Shown: one piece after another, positions 51,691 through 61,309 of the stretch
Numbering within the stretch: position 1 is the first letter of the stretch
Layout of the letters: each line of letters begins with the position of its first letter
DNA from: an uncultured Alphaproteobacteria bacterium
GTDB lineage: Bacteria; Pseudomonadota; Alphaproteobacteria; M2410
DNA length: 64,000 nucleotides
Assembly: GCA_965603015.1 (NCBI GenBank)
Contig: CBFDBJ010000005.1
Span: 3,080 to 67,079 of the forward strand
Direction of reading: 5' to 3'
The notes under the pieces: model-generated
The model's database searches: none
Seen by the model: the letters and a program-made list of their open reading frames with translations, nothing else
What the model was told of the DNA's origin: nothing
Made by a program: the position numbers and the translations under genes

Positions 51691-53049
51691 CTACTCCCCT
51701 TCTTCCGGAAGCAATCGTCCCGTGACAGATCGATTTGGCTTCAGATATTTTCTCGCAACAGCGTTGACGCTCTCAACGGTAACACCGCGCATATTTTCCG
51801 GCCATTGCAATACCCGCTCAATGGTTCCACCTGTCGCCAAAGTCTGGCCGAAGATGTAGTTGAGGGTCATCGGGCTATCGAGCGCGAAGATCGCATCATT
51901 GAGGAGCGCGGTCACGGCGCCCTCGACTTCTTCCTTCGTCACGCCATTTGCAATCAGTTTCGCAATCTCGTCATCCATCAAAGCCTCGATATTATCAAGA
52001 CTCTCGCCGGGGCGGGGCACGGCCGAAAAAGAGAAATCCATGTCGTTGACCGCCGTCGAATAGTAGCCCGTGCTGGCGACTGCGGCCTTGCCTTCCTCGA
52101 TAATCAGACGTTTGTAGAGGCGGCTGCGCGGGCCTTCACCCATGATGGATGACAGAACCTCAAGCGCCTCTGATTCTCCTGGTGCTCCGGTGTTTTCGGT
52201 CGGCGCGAGATACCAGCGCTCCCACGACGGCTGGCGAACGCGGGCATCACGCATTGTGATCTGGCGCGCCGCATGTTGTTCGGGTTCAACCGCGCGGACC
52301 CTTTCGGGCAAATCCTGCGGTTTGAGCTTGCCATAGTATTTTTCCGCCAGCGGGCGGATTTCATCCACTGTGACGTCGCCCGAGACGATGAGGAATGCAT
52401 TGTTGGGGGCGTAATAGCGCGTATAGAAAGCCAGCGCATCCTGTTGTGTCAGCGCGCCAATTTCATGGGCCCAGCCAATGACCGGCACGCCATAGCGGTG
52501 GTTCTGATAGAGCGCGGCACCCATCTGCTCGCGGAAAAGACTGGATGGATTATTGTCGACCCGGAGCGAGCGTTCTTCGAGGATGACATCGCGCTCCGGC
52601 AAGAATACTTCCTCGGTCAATACCAGGCCGGTCATGCGATCTGCTTCCAGTTCCATGACCAACGGCAGGCGGTCAACGGCCACGCGGGCGAAATAGGCAG
52701 TAAAATCCCATGAGGTGAAGGCGTTATCCTGACCGCCGTTGCGGGCGATGATTTTACTGTAGGCCGCATCCGGTACGGCTTTTGTGCCCTTGAAGAGCAA
52801 ATGTTCAAAGAAATGAGCGAGGCCGGATTTGCCGGCGACCTCATCGGCGGCCCCGACACGGTACCACAACATATGCGTTGCGACCGGGACCCGGTGATCT
52901 GAAATCACCAGGACCTGAAGACCATTATCGAGGGTGAAGGTTTCGGGCCTGATGCTTCGGGCGAAATCAAACTCGTCAGCAATGGCGCCGGGGGCCTGTC
53001 CACAGACAAGAATGGCCGCAGACAAGGCAGCGATGGCAAATTTCAACAT
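51691..53049 (-). CDS. M16 family zinc peptidase, secreted, catalytic subunit
   Basis: HFFEHLLFKGT (HxxEH) and a signal peptide. I chose the internal ATG (MLKFAIAALSAAIL...). The ORF-track start is 53076. Confidence 0.8.
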   Translation of the reverse strand: MLKFAIAALSAAILVCGQAPGAIADEFDFARSIRPETFTLDNGLQVLVISDHRVPVATHMLWYRVGAADEVAGKSGLAHFFEHLLFKGTKAVPDAAYSKIIARNGGQDNAFTSWDFTAYFARVAVDRLPLVMELEADRMTGLVLTEEVFLPERDVILEERSLRVDNNPSSLFREQMGAALYQNHRYGVPVIGWAHEIGALTQQDALAFYTRYYAPNNAFLIVSGDVTVDEIRPLAEKYYGKLKPQDLPERVRAVEPEQHAARQITMRDARVRQPSWERWYLAPTENTGAPGESEALEVLSSIMGEGPRSRLYKRLIIEEGKAAVASTGYYSTAVNDMDFSFSAVPRPGESLDNIEALMDDEIAKLIANGVTKEEVEGAVTALLNDAIFALDSPMTLNYIFGQTLATGGTIERVLQWPENMRGVTVESVNAVARKYLKPNRSVTGRLLPEEGE

Positions 53050-53117
53050 ATGCCCTCTCTTAACAATGGTTTCCATGATTTACCGGTCACAGCCCCCACC
53101 GCGACAGGGTCTGCACT

Positions 53118-53663
53118 CTAGTCCGTTGTCGGACCGTCATCAGTGGCCGGTTGCCCGGGATCCTCGTTGTTGACTGGAGGCGTTGCTTCTCCGAGCGTTG
53201 CCGGATCAACTGTTTCACCCTGCCAGAAGAGAATCTTGTTGGCAAAACCGGTGTTGGTGCGCTGGATCGTATAGAACTCGGAATCGACCAGATCACGGAT
53301 AGAGTCATCGGCGTCCTGGGCCCCGGCACCTTCGAGGAGCATACGCTCACCATCGGTTTGCACTGCGGCAGCTGGGCCACTCCCGCCAAAGACGGCATTG
53401 GCGGCCTCTTGCGCGGCGTCACGTTCTTGCGGGCGTCTTGCGCCTGGCCGTGGCGGACGCAGCGAGAAATCCGGGGGGATCACAAGGGGTGCCTTGGTCA
53501 CAACCGCAAATTCGTCTGGCGAATTCTTGCCGCTGCCCACGGCTTTTGAAAGGCTGGAACAGCTGGCTGTGCCGAACGCCAGGGCCACAACAACCGCCGC
53601 GAGCGGCGCAGCGTGGATCTTCCTCTTGAGGCTGGAGCGCTCCGACTTTTCGACTAGAAACAT
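53118..53663 (-). CDS. Putative lipoprotein (DUF3035-like), Pro/Asp-rich
   Basis: 181 aa with signal peptide and lipobox-like FGTASC. The mature part is low-complexity. It lies between lspA and the M16 pair. Confidence 0.5.
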   Translation of the reverse strand: MFLVEKSERSSLKRKIHAAPLAAVVVALAFGTASCSSLSKAVGSGKNSPDEFAVVTKAPLVIPPDFSLRPPRPGARRPQERDAAQEAANAVFGGSGPAAAVQTDGERMLLEGAGAQDADDSIRDLVDSEFYTIQRTNTGFANKILFWQGETVDPATLGEATPPVNNEDPGQPATDDGPTTD

Positions 53664-53700
53664 TTACTACCCTTTGTCTTTTTCGCCCAAATTTGGCGAC

Positions 53701-54204
53701 TCACTCGGATTGAGTGTCTTTTTCAGGATCTTCTTTAGCAAAGAACGCATCGAAGACCAAGAGAGCAACGCCTGTTGAAATAGCAGAATCGGCCACATTG
53801 AAGACCCATTTGAAGGCGAGACCCGAAAAATCGAGAAAATCCACTACCGCACCGTAGATTACGCGGTCCAGCGCATTGCCCAGGGCACCGCCAATGATCA
53901 TACCGAGAAAGACAGCCTGGAGGCGCCTTTCAGCTTCCAGCAGCCATTTAACGAGAAAACCCGCGACCAAAAGCGAGAAAATGACAAGAACGGTGCGCCC
54001 TGCCACGGTGCCGGCCTGGAACATGCCGAAGCTGACGCCTTCATTCCAGACCATGGAGAGATCGAAAAACGGCAATATCTCGATGGAACGTCGGGCAGGC
54101 AGATCGACAATATTGAGGATCCACCATTTCGACAGCTGGTCGAGAACAAAGACGACCAGGGCGACCAGCGCCCCCCATTGCGGTAATGTCAGGTCACGCT
54201 TCAC
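53701..54204 (-). CDS. lspA: Lipoprotein signal peptidase (signal peptidase II)
   Basis: 167 aa with 4 TM helices and LspA blocks (VWNEGVSFGMF, NALDR, FNVAD). It lies immediately downstream of ileS. Confidence 0.9.
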   Translation of the reverse strand: MKRDLTLPQWGALVALVVFVLDQLSKWWILNIVDLPARRSIEILPFFDLSMVWNEGVSFGMFQAGTVAGRTVLVIFSLLVAGFLVKWLLEAERRLQAVFLGMIIGGALGNALDRVIYGAVVDFLDFSGLAFKWVFNVADSAISTGVALLVFDAFFAKEDPEKDTQSE

Positions 54205-57123
54205 TCAGATTGCCCCGTTTTCTGCCAACCAGGCCACAGCGTCGGCGTCGCGTGCCGAGAGCGTCGGGTATTTCGGATTGGAGCCAACATCGGGCAAGAT
54301 CTTCCACGACCGCTCACATTTTCCGCCCTCGGCCCGTTTGGAAACAACCGCGACGCCGGGCACGTCTTCAAGACGGAAGGCGTCGGACGGCCCCTCCCCG
54401 TCAGTAAGGACAGCCTGGGAGGTGATAGCGATCTCGGCCAGGTCAATACCGGACATGGCGGCCAGAAGGCCAGGGTCTGAAACGAAGACCTCCGGCGCGG
54501 CTTCCAGGGAGGATCCGATCCGCTTTTCGCGGCGCTCGACTTCAAGAGCTCCGGTTACGACACGGCGCAGGGTCTTCACGCCTTCCCATTTTGCTGCAAG
54601 TTCCGGGTCTGACCACACTACAGGCGTTTCAGGGAAATCCTGAAGGTGAATGGAATGCTCATCCCCCGGGAAGCGCGACAGCCAAACCTCTTCCATTGTG
54701 AAACACATCATGGGAGCAAGCCACGTGGTCAGCCTACGGAAGGCCTCATCTATAACAGTGCGACATGACCGACGCACAACACTGTCCGCCCGATCACAAT
54801 AAAGCGCATCCTTTCGAATATCGAAATAGAAGGCGGAGAGTTCGGTGGTTGCGAAATTGAACAGCGTGTGGAAGACCCTGGAAAACTCGTATTCTGTATA
54901 CGCCTGGCGCACCAGGACATCGAGTTCTTGCAGTCGGCTCAACATCAAACGCTCAAGCTCCGGCATTTCGGAAACGTCGATACGTTCGTCTTCAGTGAAA
55001 CCATCGAGATTGCCGAGCATAAACCGCATGGTGTTACGCATCTTGCGATAGGCATCGGTCACGCCCTTAACGACCTCGTCACCAATTGTCAGATCATCGC
55101 GGTAGTCGGATGATGCGGCCCAGAGCCGGATAATTTCAGCGCCATATTGCTTCGTCAGCTTGTCCGGCGGCATGGCATTGCCGCCGGACTTGGCCATTTT
55201 GAAACCCTTGTCATCAAGGATGAAGCCGTGCGTCACGACCTGATCATAGGGCGCACGGCCTCGTGTGCCGCAGGACTGCAAGAGAGACGACTGGAACCAG
55301 CCGCGATGCTGGTCGGAGCCTTCAAGGTAAAGATTGGCTGGCCATTTAAGATTCTCACGCCCCTCAAGGACGAAGGCGTGGGTCGATGCTGAATCAAACC
55401 AGACATCGAGAATATCATCGACGCGGTCATAGTCTTCGGGACTGTAATCATTGCCGAGGAATCGTTCTGAGTCGGATGTAAACCAGGCCACGGTGCCATC
55501 TTGTTCAATCGCATCGGAAATACGTTTGACGACTGCCGGGTCCTTAAGAATTTCGCCGGTAGACTTGTTGACAAAGACTGCAAGTGGCACGCCCCAGGAG
55601 CGCTGGCGCGAGACGACCCAGTCCGGGCGGTTTTCAACCATGGCACGGATACGCGCCTGACCTTTAGCGGGGAACCATTCGACCCGGTCGATCTCCGAGA
55701 GCGCGAGCTGCCGCAAGGTCTTGCCGCCATACACCTCAATTGGCTTGTCCAGAGCAATAAACCATTGCACCGTATTGCGGAAGATGAGCGGAGCTTTGGA
55801 ACGCCACGAATGCGGATAGGAATGTTCAAGATGGCCAAGACCAACAAGGGCGCCGACACCCTTCATCACTTCGATGACGGATGAATTGGCATCACCGAAC
55901 TTGCCGGCCTTCTTGCCATCAGCATGTATGACGGTCTTGCCACCAAACAGCGGCACGTGGTCATAGTAAATACCGTTTTCATCGACCATATGCGGCACTT
56001 CGAGACCAAACTTCTGACCCACGATATAATCATCGGCGCCGTGACTTGGCGCGGTATGAACAAAGCCGGTGCCTTCTTCCTGGGTGACATGGTCACCGGG
56101 AATAAGCGGTACATCAAAGTCGTAGCCCTGCCCCCGGAACGGATGCGAACATTTGACACCGGACATGGACGGGGCATCACCGATGCGAGTCCATTCGACA
56201 ATTTTTGCGGCTTCTGCAACTTGCGGGGCCAACGCGTCAGCCAACACATAGCGCTTGCCAACTTCCGCCAGAGCTTCTTCGCCAACGGACTTGATTTCGT
56301 AGATGCCATAGGCAATGCCATCGCTGTACGCGATCCCGCGGTTTGCCGGGATCGTCCAGGGGGTCGTCGTATAAATCAGGACCTGCGTACCCTTCAAGGC
56401 GTCAGGACCATCGATGACGGGGAAACCGACCCAGATGGTTGAAGAGATCTTGTCGTGATATTCGACTTCGGCCTCAGCCAGAGCTGTGCGCTCGACGGCT
56501 GACCACATGACGGGCTTGGAGCCCTGGACAACGAGTCCCTTTTCAACAAATTTATGGAATTCCCGAACGATGACGGCTTCCGAGGAAAAATCCATGGTCT
56601 TGTAAGGATTGTCCCACTCGCCGATGTTACCAAGCCTCAGGTAGACCTGTTTTTGGACGTCGATCCAGTGATTGGCAAAATCACGGCATTCCTGAAGGAA
56701 ATCGGCGATCGGGACCTCATCCTTGTTCTTGCCGGCCTTGCGGTATTTCTCCTCGATTTTCCATTCAATCGGCAGACCGTGGCAATCCCAACCCGGCACG
56801 AACGGCACGTCCTTGCCCATCATCTGCTGGGAGCGGACAACCATATCCTTGAGGATCCGGTTGAGCGCGTGGCCCAAATGCGCCTCGCCGTTCGCATAAG
56901 GCGGACCCTCGTGATAGGTGAAGGTTTCACGCTCTTCGTGTTTCGTCTTGGCCCTCAGGCGGCCATATATATCCAGTTCCTTCCAGCGCTCGAGCCACTC
57001 GGGCTCTTTCTTGGGAAGTCCGGCCCGCATGGGGAAATCGGTTTTGGGCAGGGCCAGCGTATTTTTGTAATCGACGGCGCCATCCTTTTCGGGGGCAGCC
57101 TTTGAATCATCTGTCTGTGACAT
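54205..57123 (-). CDS. ileS: Isoleucine--tRNA ligase
   Basis: 972 aa class I aaRS with HIGH (PYANGEAHLGHALN) and KMSKS (KMAKSGGN) motifs and a C-terminal zinc-binding domain. Confidence 0.95.
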   Translation of the reverse strand: MSQTDDSKAAPEKDGAVDYKNTLALPKTDFPMRAGLPKKEPEWLERWKELDIYGRLRAKTKHEERETFTYHEGPPYANGEAHLGHALNRILKDMVVRSQQMMGKDVPFVPGWDCHGLPIEWKIEEKYRKAGKNKDEVPIADFLQECRDFANHWIDVQKQVYLRLGNIGEWDNPYKTMDFSSEAVIVREFHKFVEKGLVVQGSKPVMWSAVERTALAEAEVEYHDKISSTIWVGFPVIDGPDALKGTQVLIYTTTPWTIPANRGIAYSDGIAYGIYEIKSVGEEALAEVGKRYVLADALAPQVAEAAKIVEWTRIGDAPSMSGVKCSHPFRGQGYDFDVPLIPGDHVTQEEGTGFVHTAPSHGADDYIVGQKFGLEVPHMVDENGIYYDHVPLFGGKTVIHADGKKAGKFGDANSSVIEVMKGVGALVGLGHLEHSYPHSWRSKAPLIFRNTVQWFIALDKPIEVYGGKTLRQLALSEIDRVEWFPAKGQARIRAMVENRPDWVVSRQRSWGVPLAVFVNKSTGEILKDPAVVKRISDAIEQDGTVAWFTSDSERFLGNDYSPEDYDRVDDILDVWFDSASTHAFVLEGRENLKWPANLYLEGSDQHRGWFQSSLLQSCGTRGRAPYDQVVTHGFILDDKGFKMAKSGGNAMPPDKLTKQYGAEIIRLWAASSDYRDDLTIGDEVVKGVTDAYRKMRNTMRFMLGNLDGFTEDERIDVSEMPELERLMLSRLQELDVLVRQAYTEYEFSRVFHTLFNFATTELSAFYFDIRKDALYCDRADSVVRRSCRTVIDEAFRRLTTWLAPMMCFTMEEVWLSRFPGDEHSIHLQDFPETPVVWSDPELAAKWEGVKTLRRVVTGALEVERREKRIGSSLEAAPEVFVSDPGLLAAMSGIDLAEIAITSQAVLTDGEGPSDAFRLEDVPGVAVVSKRAEGGKCERSWKILPDVGSNPKYPTLSARDADAVAWLAENGAI

Positions 57124-57374
57124 GTTTCAGTCCTAAAACTCTTCCTGGTCGGGAGATAGGGGTAATCGGGAGATGTGGCGCGGAAAGTTTCCCGGACCGG
57201 CGCACATAATATCAGGCGCCGGCCGGGCCCATAATTCGGGCCCATCCGTCGATTTCTTCAGGACATGGTATAGCGCAACGGTATTTCATAGCCGGTACTG
57301 GTATCAGAGCGTCGCCAGGGCGTCCAGAGAAGAGTCTTTTGCTGTCAGGACCGGGCATTGTCATTTCCCGGGAT

Positions 57375-58349
57375 TCAAGCGGACTGCTTGATACCCGCCA
57401 AAATGTCTCTGGCAGTTCGGCTGTCGATGAGGATTTGGCTTTTCAGGGCTTCAAGGCCGTCGAATTTCTGTTCCGGACGGATAAAGTCAATCACCGACAC
57501 TGCGATGGGAAGACCATAAAGATCGGAAGAGAAGCCAAACAAGTGGGCCTCCAGCAGGATGTCTTCCTTGTCGAAGGTCGGGCGGCGACCGATATTGGCG
57601 ACACCATCATAAACGCCCGCATCCGGGCCTTCCAGAACTTCAACCTTGACCGCATAGACCCCCAGCGCGGGCTCAACCAGCCAGTTCATCGACAGGTTGG
57701 CGGTTGGAAAGCCGATGGTCCGGCCCCGCTGGTCGCCCTTCTGGACGACGCCTTCTATGGTCCAGTAATGGCCGAGCAACCGCGCTGCATCAGCCGGGCG
57801 CCCTGAACGCAGGCAATTGCGCACGCGGGTTGAAGAAAAAATCTCATCGTCATTGTCGGGCACTGCAGAAGCTTGCAAGGCGACCGGATCGACCACTGTG
57901 ACACCGTAGCCTTCTTCGTGTCCCATATAGCCAATGACCGAGACATCCCCGCCCCGGCCTTTACCAAAGCGAAAATCGTACCCGGTCACAACATGGACGA
58001 CGCCGAGGGCGGCAATCAGGATGTCTGCGATAAAGTCTTGCGCAGGCTTGCTGGCCAATTCCTCGTCAAAAGTCAGGACATAAAGAATATCCACGCCTTC
58101 CTTTTCAAGAAGCCGCGCCTTTTGTGACAGGGAGGTCAAGCGGAAGGGTTTGTCGGCGCGGCGGAAAAATTCACGCGGATGAGGCTCAAAGACGATAACG
58201 CCGAGCGGCACACCGAGCGTATCGGCTCGCTTCTTGGCCTGTCGGATAACCGCGCGATGTCCCAAATGCACACCATCGAAGTTCCCCAGCGCGACCACTG
58301 CACCGCGTTCACTCGGAGTAACGTCAGTATATTGACGAATAATTTTCAT
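57375..58349 (-). CDS. ribF: Bifunctional riboflavin kinase / FMN adenylyltransferase
   Basis: FAD synthetase domain (ALGNFDGVHLGH) and riboflavin kinase domain (GFPTANL). I chose the internal ATG (MKIIRQY...). The ORF-track start is 58400. Confidence 0.9.
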   Translation of the reverse strand: MKIIRQYTDVTPSERGAVVALGNFDGVHLGHRAVIRQAKKRADTLGVPLGVIVFEPHPREFFRRADKPFRLTSLSQKARLLEKEGVDILYVLTFDEELASKPAQDFIADILIAALGVVHVVTGYDFRFGKGRGGDVSVIGYMGHEEGYGVTVVDPVALQASAVPDNDDEIFSSTRVRNCLRSGRPADAARLLGHYWTIEGVVQKGDQRGRTIGFPTANLSMNWLVEPALGVYAVKVEVLEGPDAGVYDGVANIGRRPTFDKEDILLEAHLFGFSSDLYGLPIAVSVIDFIRPEQKFDGLEALKSQILIDSRTARDILAGIKQSA

Positions 58350-58530
58350 TGCAGATCTTGTTCCCGAAGTTTTTCTTTGGCGCCAACGGGACTCGCACAA
58401 ACCGCGTCAACTGCGATAACACCCTGGTTCTAGCAACAATTTGTTGCTTTTCGCTAAACAGTTTTATTAACAAGTTGTTAGAAATCTCCCGGACCACGTC
58501 GCAGACAAGGTTCAAATTCATCGACTTTTC

Positions 58531-58959
58531 TCACCCGCTCTTTGATGGCACCATGACAAGCGCCTCACCCTCGATAACCGCCTTGCCATCAACCAGGCAC
58601 ACCGTTTCCAGCGTGACGCGGCGACGGGCAGCATTGATGTCGGTGATCGTGCACTTCGCGGTCACCACATCGCCAATTTTCACCGGTGCCTTGAAACGCA
58701 TCTGCTGAGACATATAAATGGCGCCAGGCCCGGGAAGCCTTGTCCCGATGACAGCGGAGATAAACCCGGCTGACAGCATGCCGTGGGCGATACGCTCCTT
58801 GAACATTGTACCAGCGGCATATTCAGCATCAAGGTGTACCGGGTTATCATCTCCACTCACCTCGGCAAAGAGCTCGATCTCCTTTTCCGTCACGGTTTTG
58901 GTGAATTCATCACTTTGGCCAATGGACAAATCCTCGATAAAGTAGCCTTCAGCGCTCAT
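58531..58959 (-). CDS. MaoC-like (R)-specific enoyl-CoA hydratase / hot-dog dehydratase
   Basis: 142 aa hot-dog fold (DDNPVHLDAEYAA...FKERIAHGML). I chose the internal ATG with an AAGGAGA RBS. The ORF-track start at 59178 adds a non-conserved 73 aa. Confidence 0.8.
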   Translation of the reverse strand: MSAEGYFIEDLSIGQSDEFTKTVTEKEIELFAEVSGDDNPVHLDAEYAAGTMFKERIAHGMLSAGFISAVIGTRLPGPGAIYMSQQMRFKAPVKIGDVVTAKCTITDINAARRRVTLETVCLVDGKAVIEGEALVMVPSKSG

Positions 58960-59226
58960 GACATGTCTCCTTAATTTTTTGTTATTGTGTTCCCACGCTA
59001 ACACTTGAGGTGCGGGACTTAATACCTGTGTCTTTGCACAAAGCCGCTGTCGCCGCAATCCCCGCGATGCGTGTGCAGGACATTCCGCCTGTCTGTTAAC
59101 CGAATTTAAAATGATCCGAGGATAATCTGTCTGGATTGAGTGTGGGGTTAGCGAACATTTTCCGACAAAGTGCGCCAAAGCCTTGCCTCCTTGAATTGTG
59201 TAACAAACAGTCAGAGAGTGATTGAA

Positions 59227-59613
59227 ATGTCCGTTGATACATCAATGCAAGTCCTCGTAGTCGATGACTATAAGACCATGATCCGCATTATTCGCAACCT
59301 TCTGAAACAACTCGGTTTCAACAATGTTGACGACGCCGCAGATGGCTCCGCCGCATTGGAAATGATGCGCGCCAGAAAATACGGCCTTGTCATCTCCGAC
59401 TGGAACATGGAGCCCATGACCGGTTTCGAGTTGCTCAAGGAAGTGCGGTCTGACGAAAAGCTGAAGGCAACGCCATTCATTATGGTCACAGCTGAGTCCA
59501 AAACAGAAAATGTGATTGCCGCCAAAAAGGCCGGTGTGAACAACTACATCGTCAAACCTTTCAATGCAGCGACATTGAAGGGCAAACTGGTTACTGTCCT
59601 CGGCGACTTCTAG
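59227..59613 (+). CDS. cheY: Chemotaxis response regulator CheY (single REC domain, enteric-like)
   Basis: 129 aa with the phospho-acceptor region LVVDD...ISDWNMEPMTGFELLK...MVTAESK..YIVKPF, closely resembling E. coli CheY. Confidence 0.9.
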   Translation: MSVDTSMQVLVVDDYKTMIRIIRNLLKQLGFNNVDDAADGSAALEMMRARKYGLVISDWNMEPMTGFELLKEVRSDEKLKATPFIMVTAESKTENVIAAKKAGVNNYIVKPFNAATLKGKLVTVLGDF

Positions 59614-59623
59614 GAACCTGACT

Positions 59624-60292
59624 ATGGCACTTCCTGCGGAAATGCCTGCGGATCTCCACAAGGCCATCACATTCTTTTGTGAAAAGGACCCGGAGGACTT
59701 GCAGCTCAATGATGTCTTGGGTGTGACCGAGATCATGGCGCTGTGCCTCAGGGACCTGTTCGCAACCGAAGATACTCCGATCTTTTCGAGTGCCGTTATG
59801 ATGGCGGCCTATGTTCGCGGCGCGCGTGAGCGTTTGAAAAACATTCGCCCGGCAAGTCTGCGGGACGAAGACCTGCCACTTGCAAGAGAAGAGCTGGAAG
59901 CCATCGTTGCTCACACCGAAGAGGCGACCAACACTATTATGGAACTCGCCGAGACCATGATGGGACTTGACCCGGAAGACAGCAACTACCCCGAAACAAT
60001 CAATGACAGTCTGATGCAAATCTTTGAGGCCTGTGCGTTCCAGGATATTACCGGGCAAAGGGCGGGCAAGGTCGCTGACACAATCGCAACCACATCAGAT
60101 CAAATTTCTGTAGTTGCCTCAGTCCTGGGAAGTACACATGATAAAACCGTTGGTCCTGCTGAAGAAACCGAAGAGGAAGCGCGTCGCCGCGAGAACCTGC
60201 TTCACGGACCCCAGAGCGGCGACGTGGCTGTCACGCAGGATGAGGTTGATGAAATGATCAATCAGGATGATATTGATTCTCTTTTCGATTGA
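59624..60292 (+). CDS. cheZ: CheY-P phosphatase CheZ
   Basis: 222 aa with the catalytic CheZ motif FQDITGQ and a C-terminal CheY-binding peptide (LLHGPQ...VTQDEVDEMI...DSLFD) like E. coli CheZ. Confidence 0.8.
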   Translation: MALPAEMPADLHKAITFFCEKDPEDLQLNDVLGVTEIMALCLRDLFATEDTPIFSSAVMMAAYVRGARERLKNIRPASLRDEDLPLAREELEAIVAHTEEATNTIMELAETMMGLDPEDSNYPETINDSLMQIFEACAFQDITGQRAGKVADTIATTSDQISVVASVLGSTHDKTVGPAEETEEEARRRENLLHGPQSGDVAVTQDEVDEMINQDDIDSLFD

Positions 60293-60312
60293 CCCTTCAG
60301 CCAACCCAATGA

Positions 60313-61200
60313 TCAACCCACCAGCCAGGGCATTGCATAAGTTGGCCAATTTCCTTCAGAGCCAAATACCTCACCCATTCCGGATTGATCCAGCCCACCA
60401 TCGGAGTTGAAACAATCTTCCGAATGAATGCCGCCGCCGATAAAAAGGCTGTCGAAACGCTGATCCAGCGCTCCTCTGATATCCGTCTTCGGACCGTCCC
60501 CGACAACAAGGATCCGCTCCCGGTTCACTTGCCCTGATACAGCACCGCTGGAATCCGCGATGAGATCAAGGCAGTGATTATAGATGGGGGCATGGGGTTT
60601 GCCGGCATAGGTCGCCTGACCGCCTTTCTTCTCGTAGGCTTCAGCAAGAGCCCCGCCGCAGTAAATCAACCTGTCGCCACGCTGGACAACAATGTCAGGG
60701 TTGGCGCAAATCATTTCCAGTTGACGCTCAAGGGCCTGCGCCAAAAGGTTTTGGTAATCATCCGGAGTTTCGGTCTCATCATCAAACAGTCCACTGCACA
60801 ATATGAAGTCGGCATCCTCCAGGGATGTCTTTTTCAACCCCATACCATCGAGCAGCGACTGATCACGCTCCGGGCCCAGGTGGAAGACCGAACGACCGCG
60901 GAAGCGTTCAAGCTCAACCCGCGTCACATCGCCGGAACTTGCCATATGATCATAAATATCGAGGGGCACACCGATCTCGTCAAATTGTGGCAGAAGCAGC
61001 TTTGAGGGCCGCGGAGCGTTCGTGATCAAAACAACCAGACCGCCGCTTGCTCGCCAGGCCTGCAGGGCTGCTATCGCCTCGCGAAAGGGGGTCTGGCCAT
61101 TGTGAACCACGCCCCAGATGTCGCAGAGAAGCGCATCGTAGCGCTGTCTCAAAGTTCCGAGCCCCGATACAATTTCCACATGGTTTTGCGATCCTGCCAT
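60313..61200 (-). CDS. HAD-superfamily class IIA hydrolase (TIGR01459-like)
   Basis: 295 aa with HAD motif I (LLCDIWGVV) and motif IV (VVGDGPKTDIRGA). Confidence 0.8.
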   Translation of the reverse strand: MAGSQNHVEIVSGLGTLRQRYDALLCDIWGVVHNGQTPFREAIAALQAWRASGGLVVLITNAPRPSKLLLPQFDEIGVPLDIYDHMASSGDVTRVELERFRGRSVFHLGPERDQSLLDGMGLKKTSLEDADFILCSGLFDDETETPDDYQNLLAQALERQLEMICANPDIVVQRGDRLIYCGGALAEAYEKKGGQATYAGKPHAPIYNHCLDLIADSSGAVSGQVNRERILVVGDGPKTDIRGALDQRFDSLFIGGGIHSEDCFNSDGGLDQSGMGEVFGSEGNWPTYAMPWLVG

Positions 61201-61309
61201 ATCTGTTTTCGCCCCGGTCTTGTCTGAAAATACGAACGGCGCGGGTTATAACAGTATGTCAAAGGTTTCGGGGATTTTTCTGAAGTCGCGCCGGAACCTG
61301 CGGCGAAAG

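Noticed and set aside
57124-57374. T-box riboswitch upstream of ileS
   Set aside because: T-box leaders are essentially confined to Firmicutes and relatives. No specifier/T-box consensus (AATTAGGGTGGNACCGCG) is present. The hairpins are reported only as unexplained structure.
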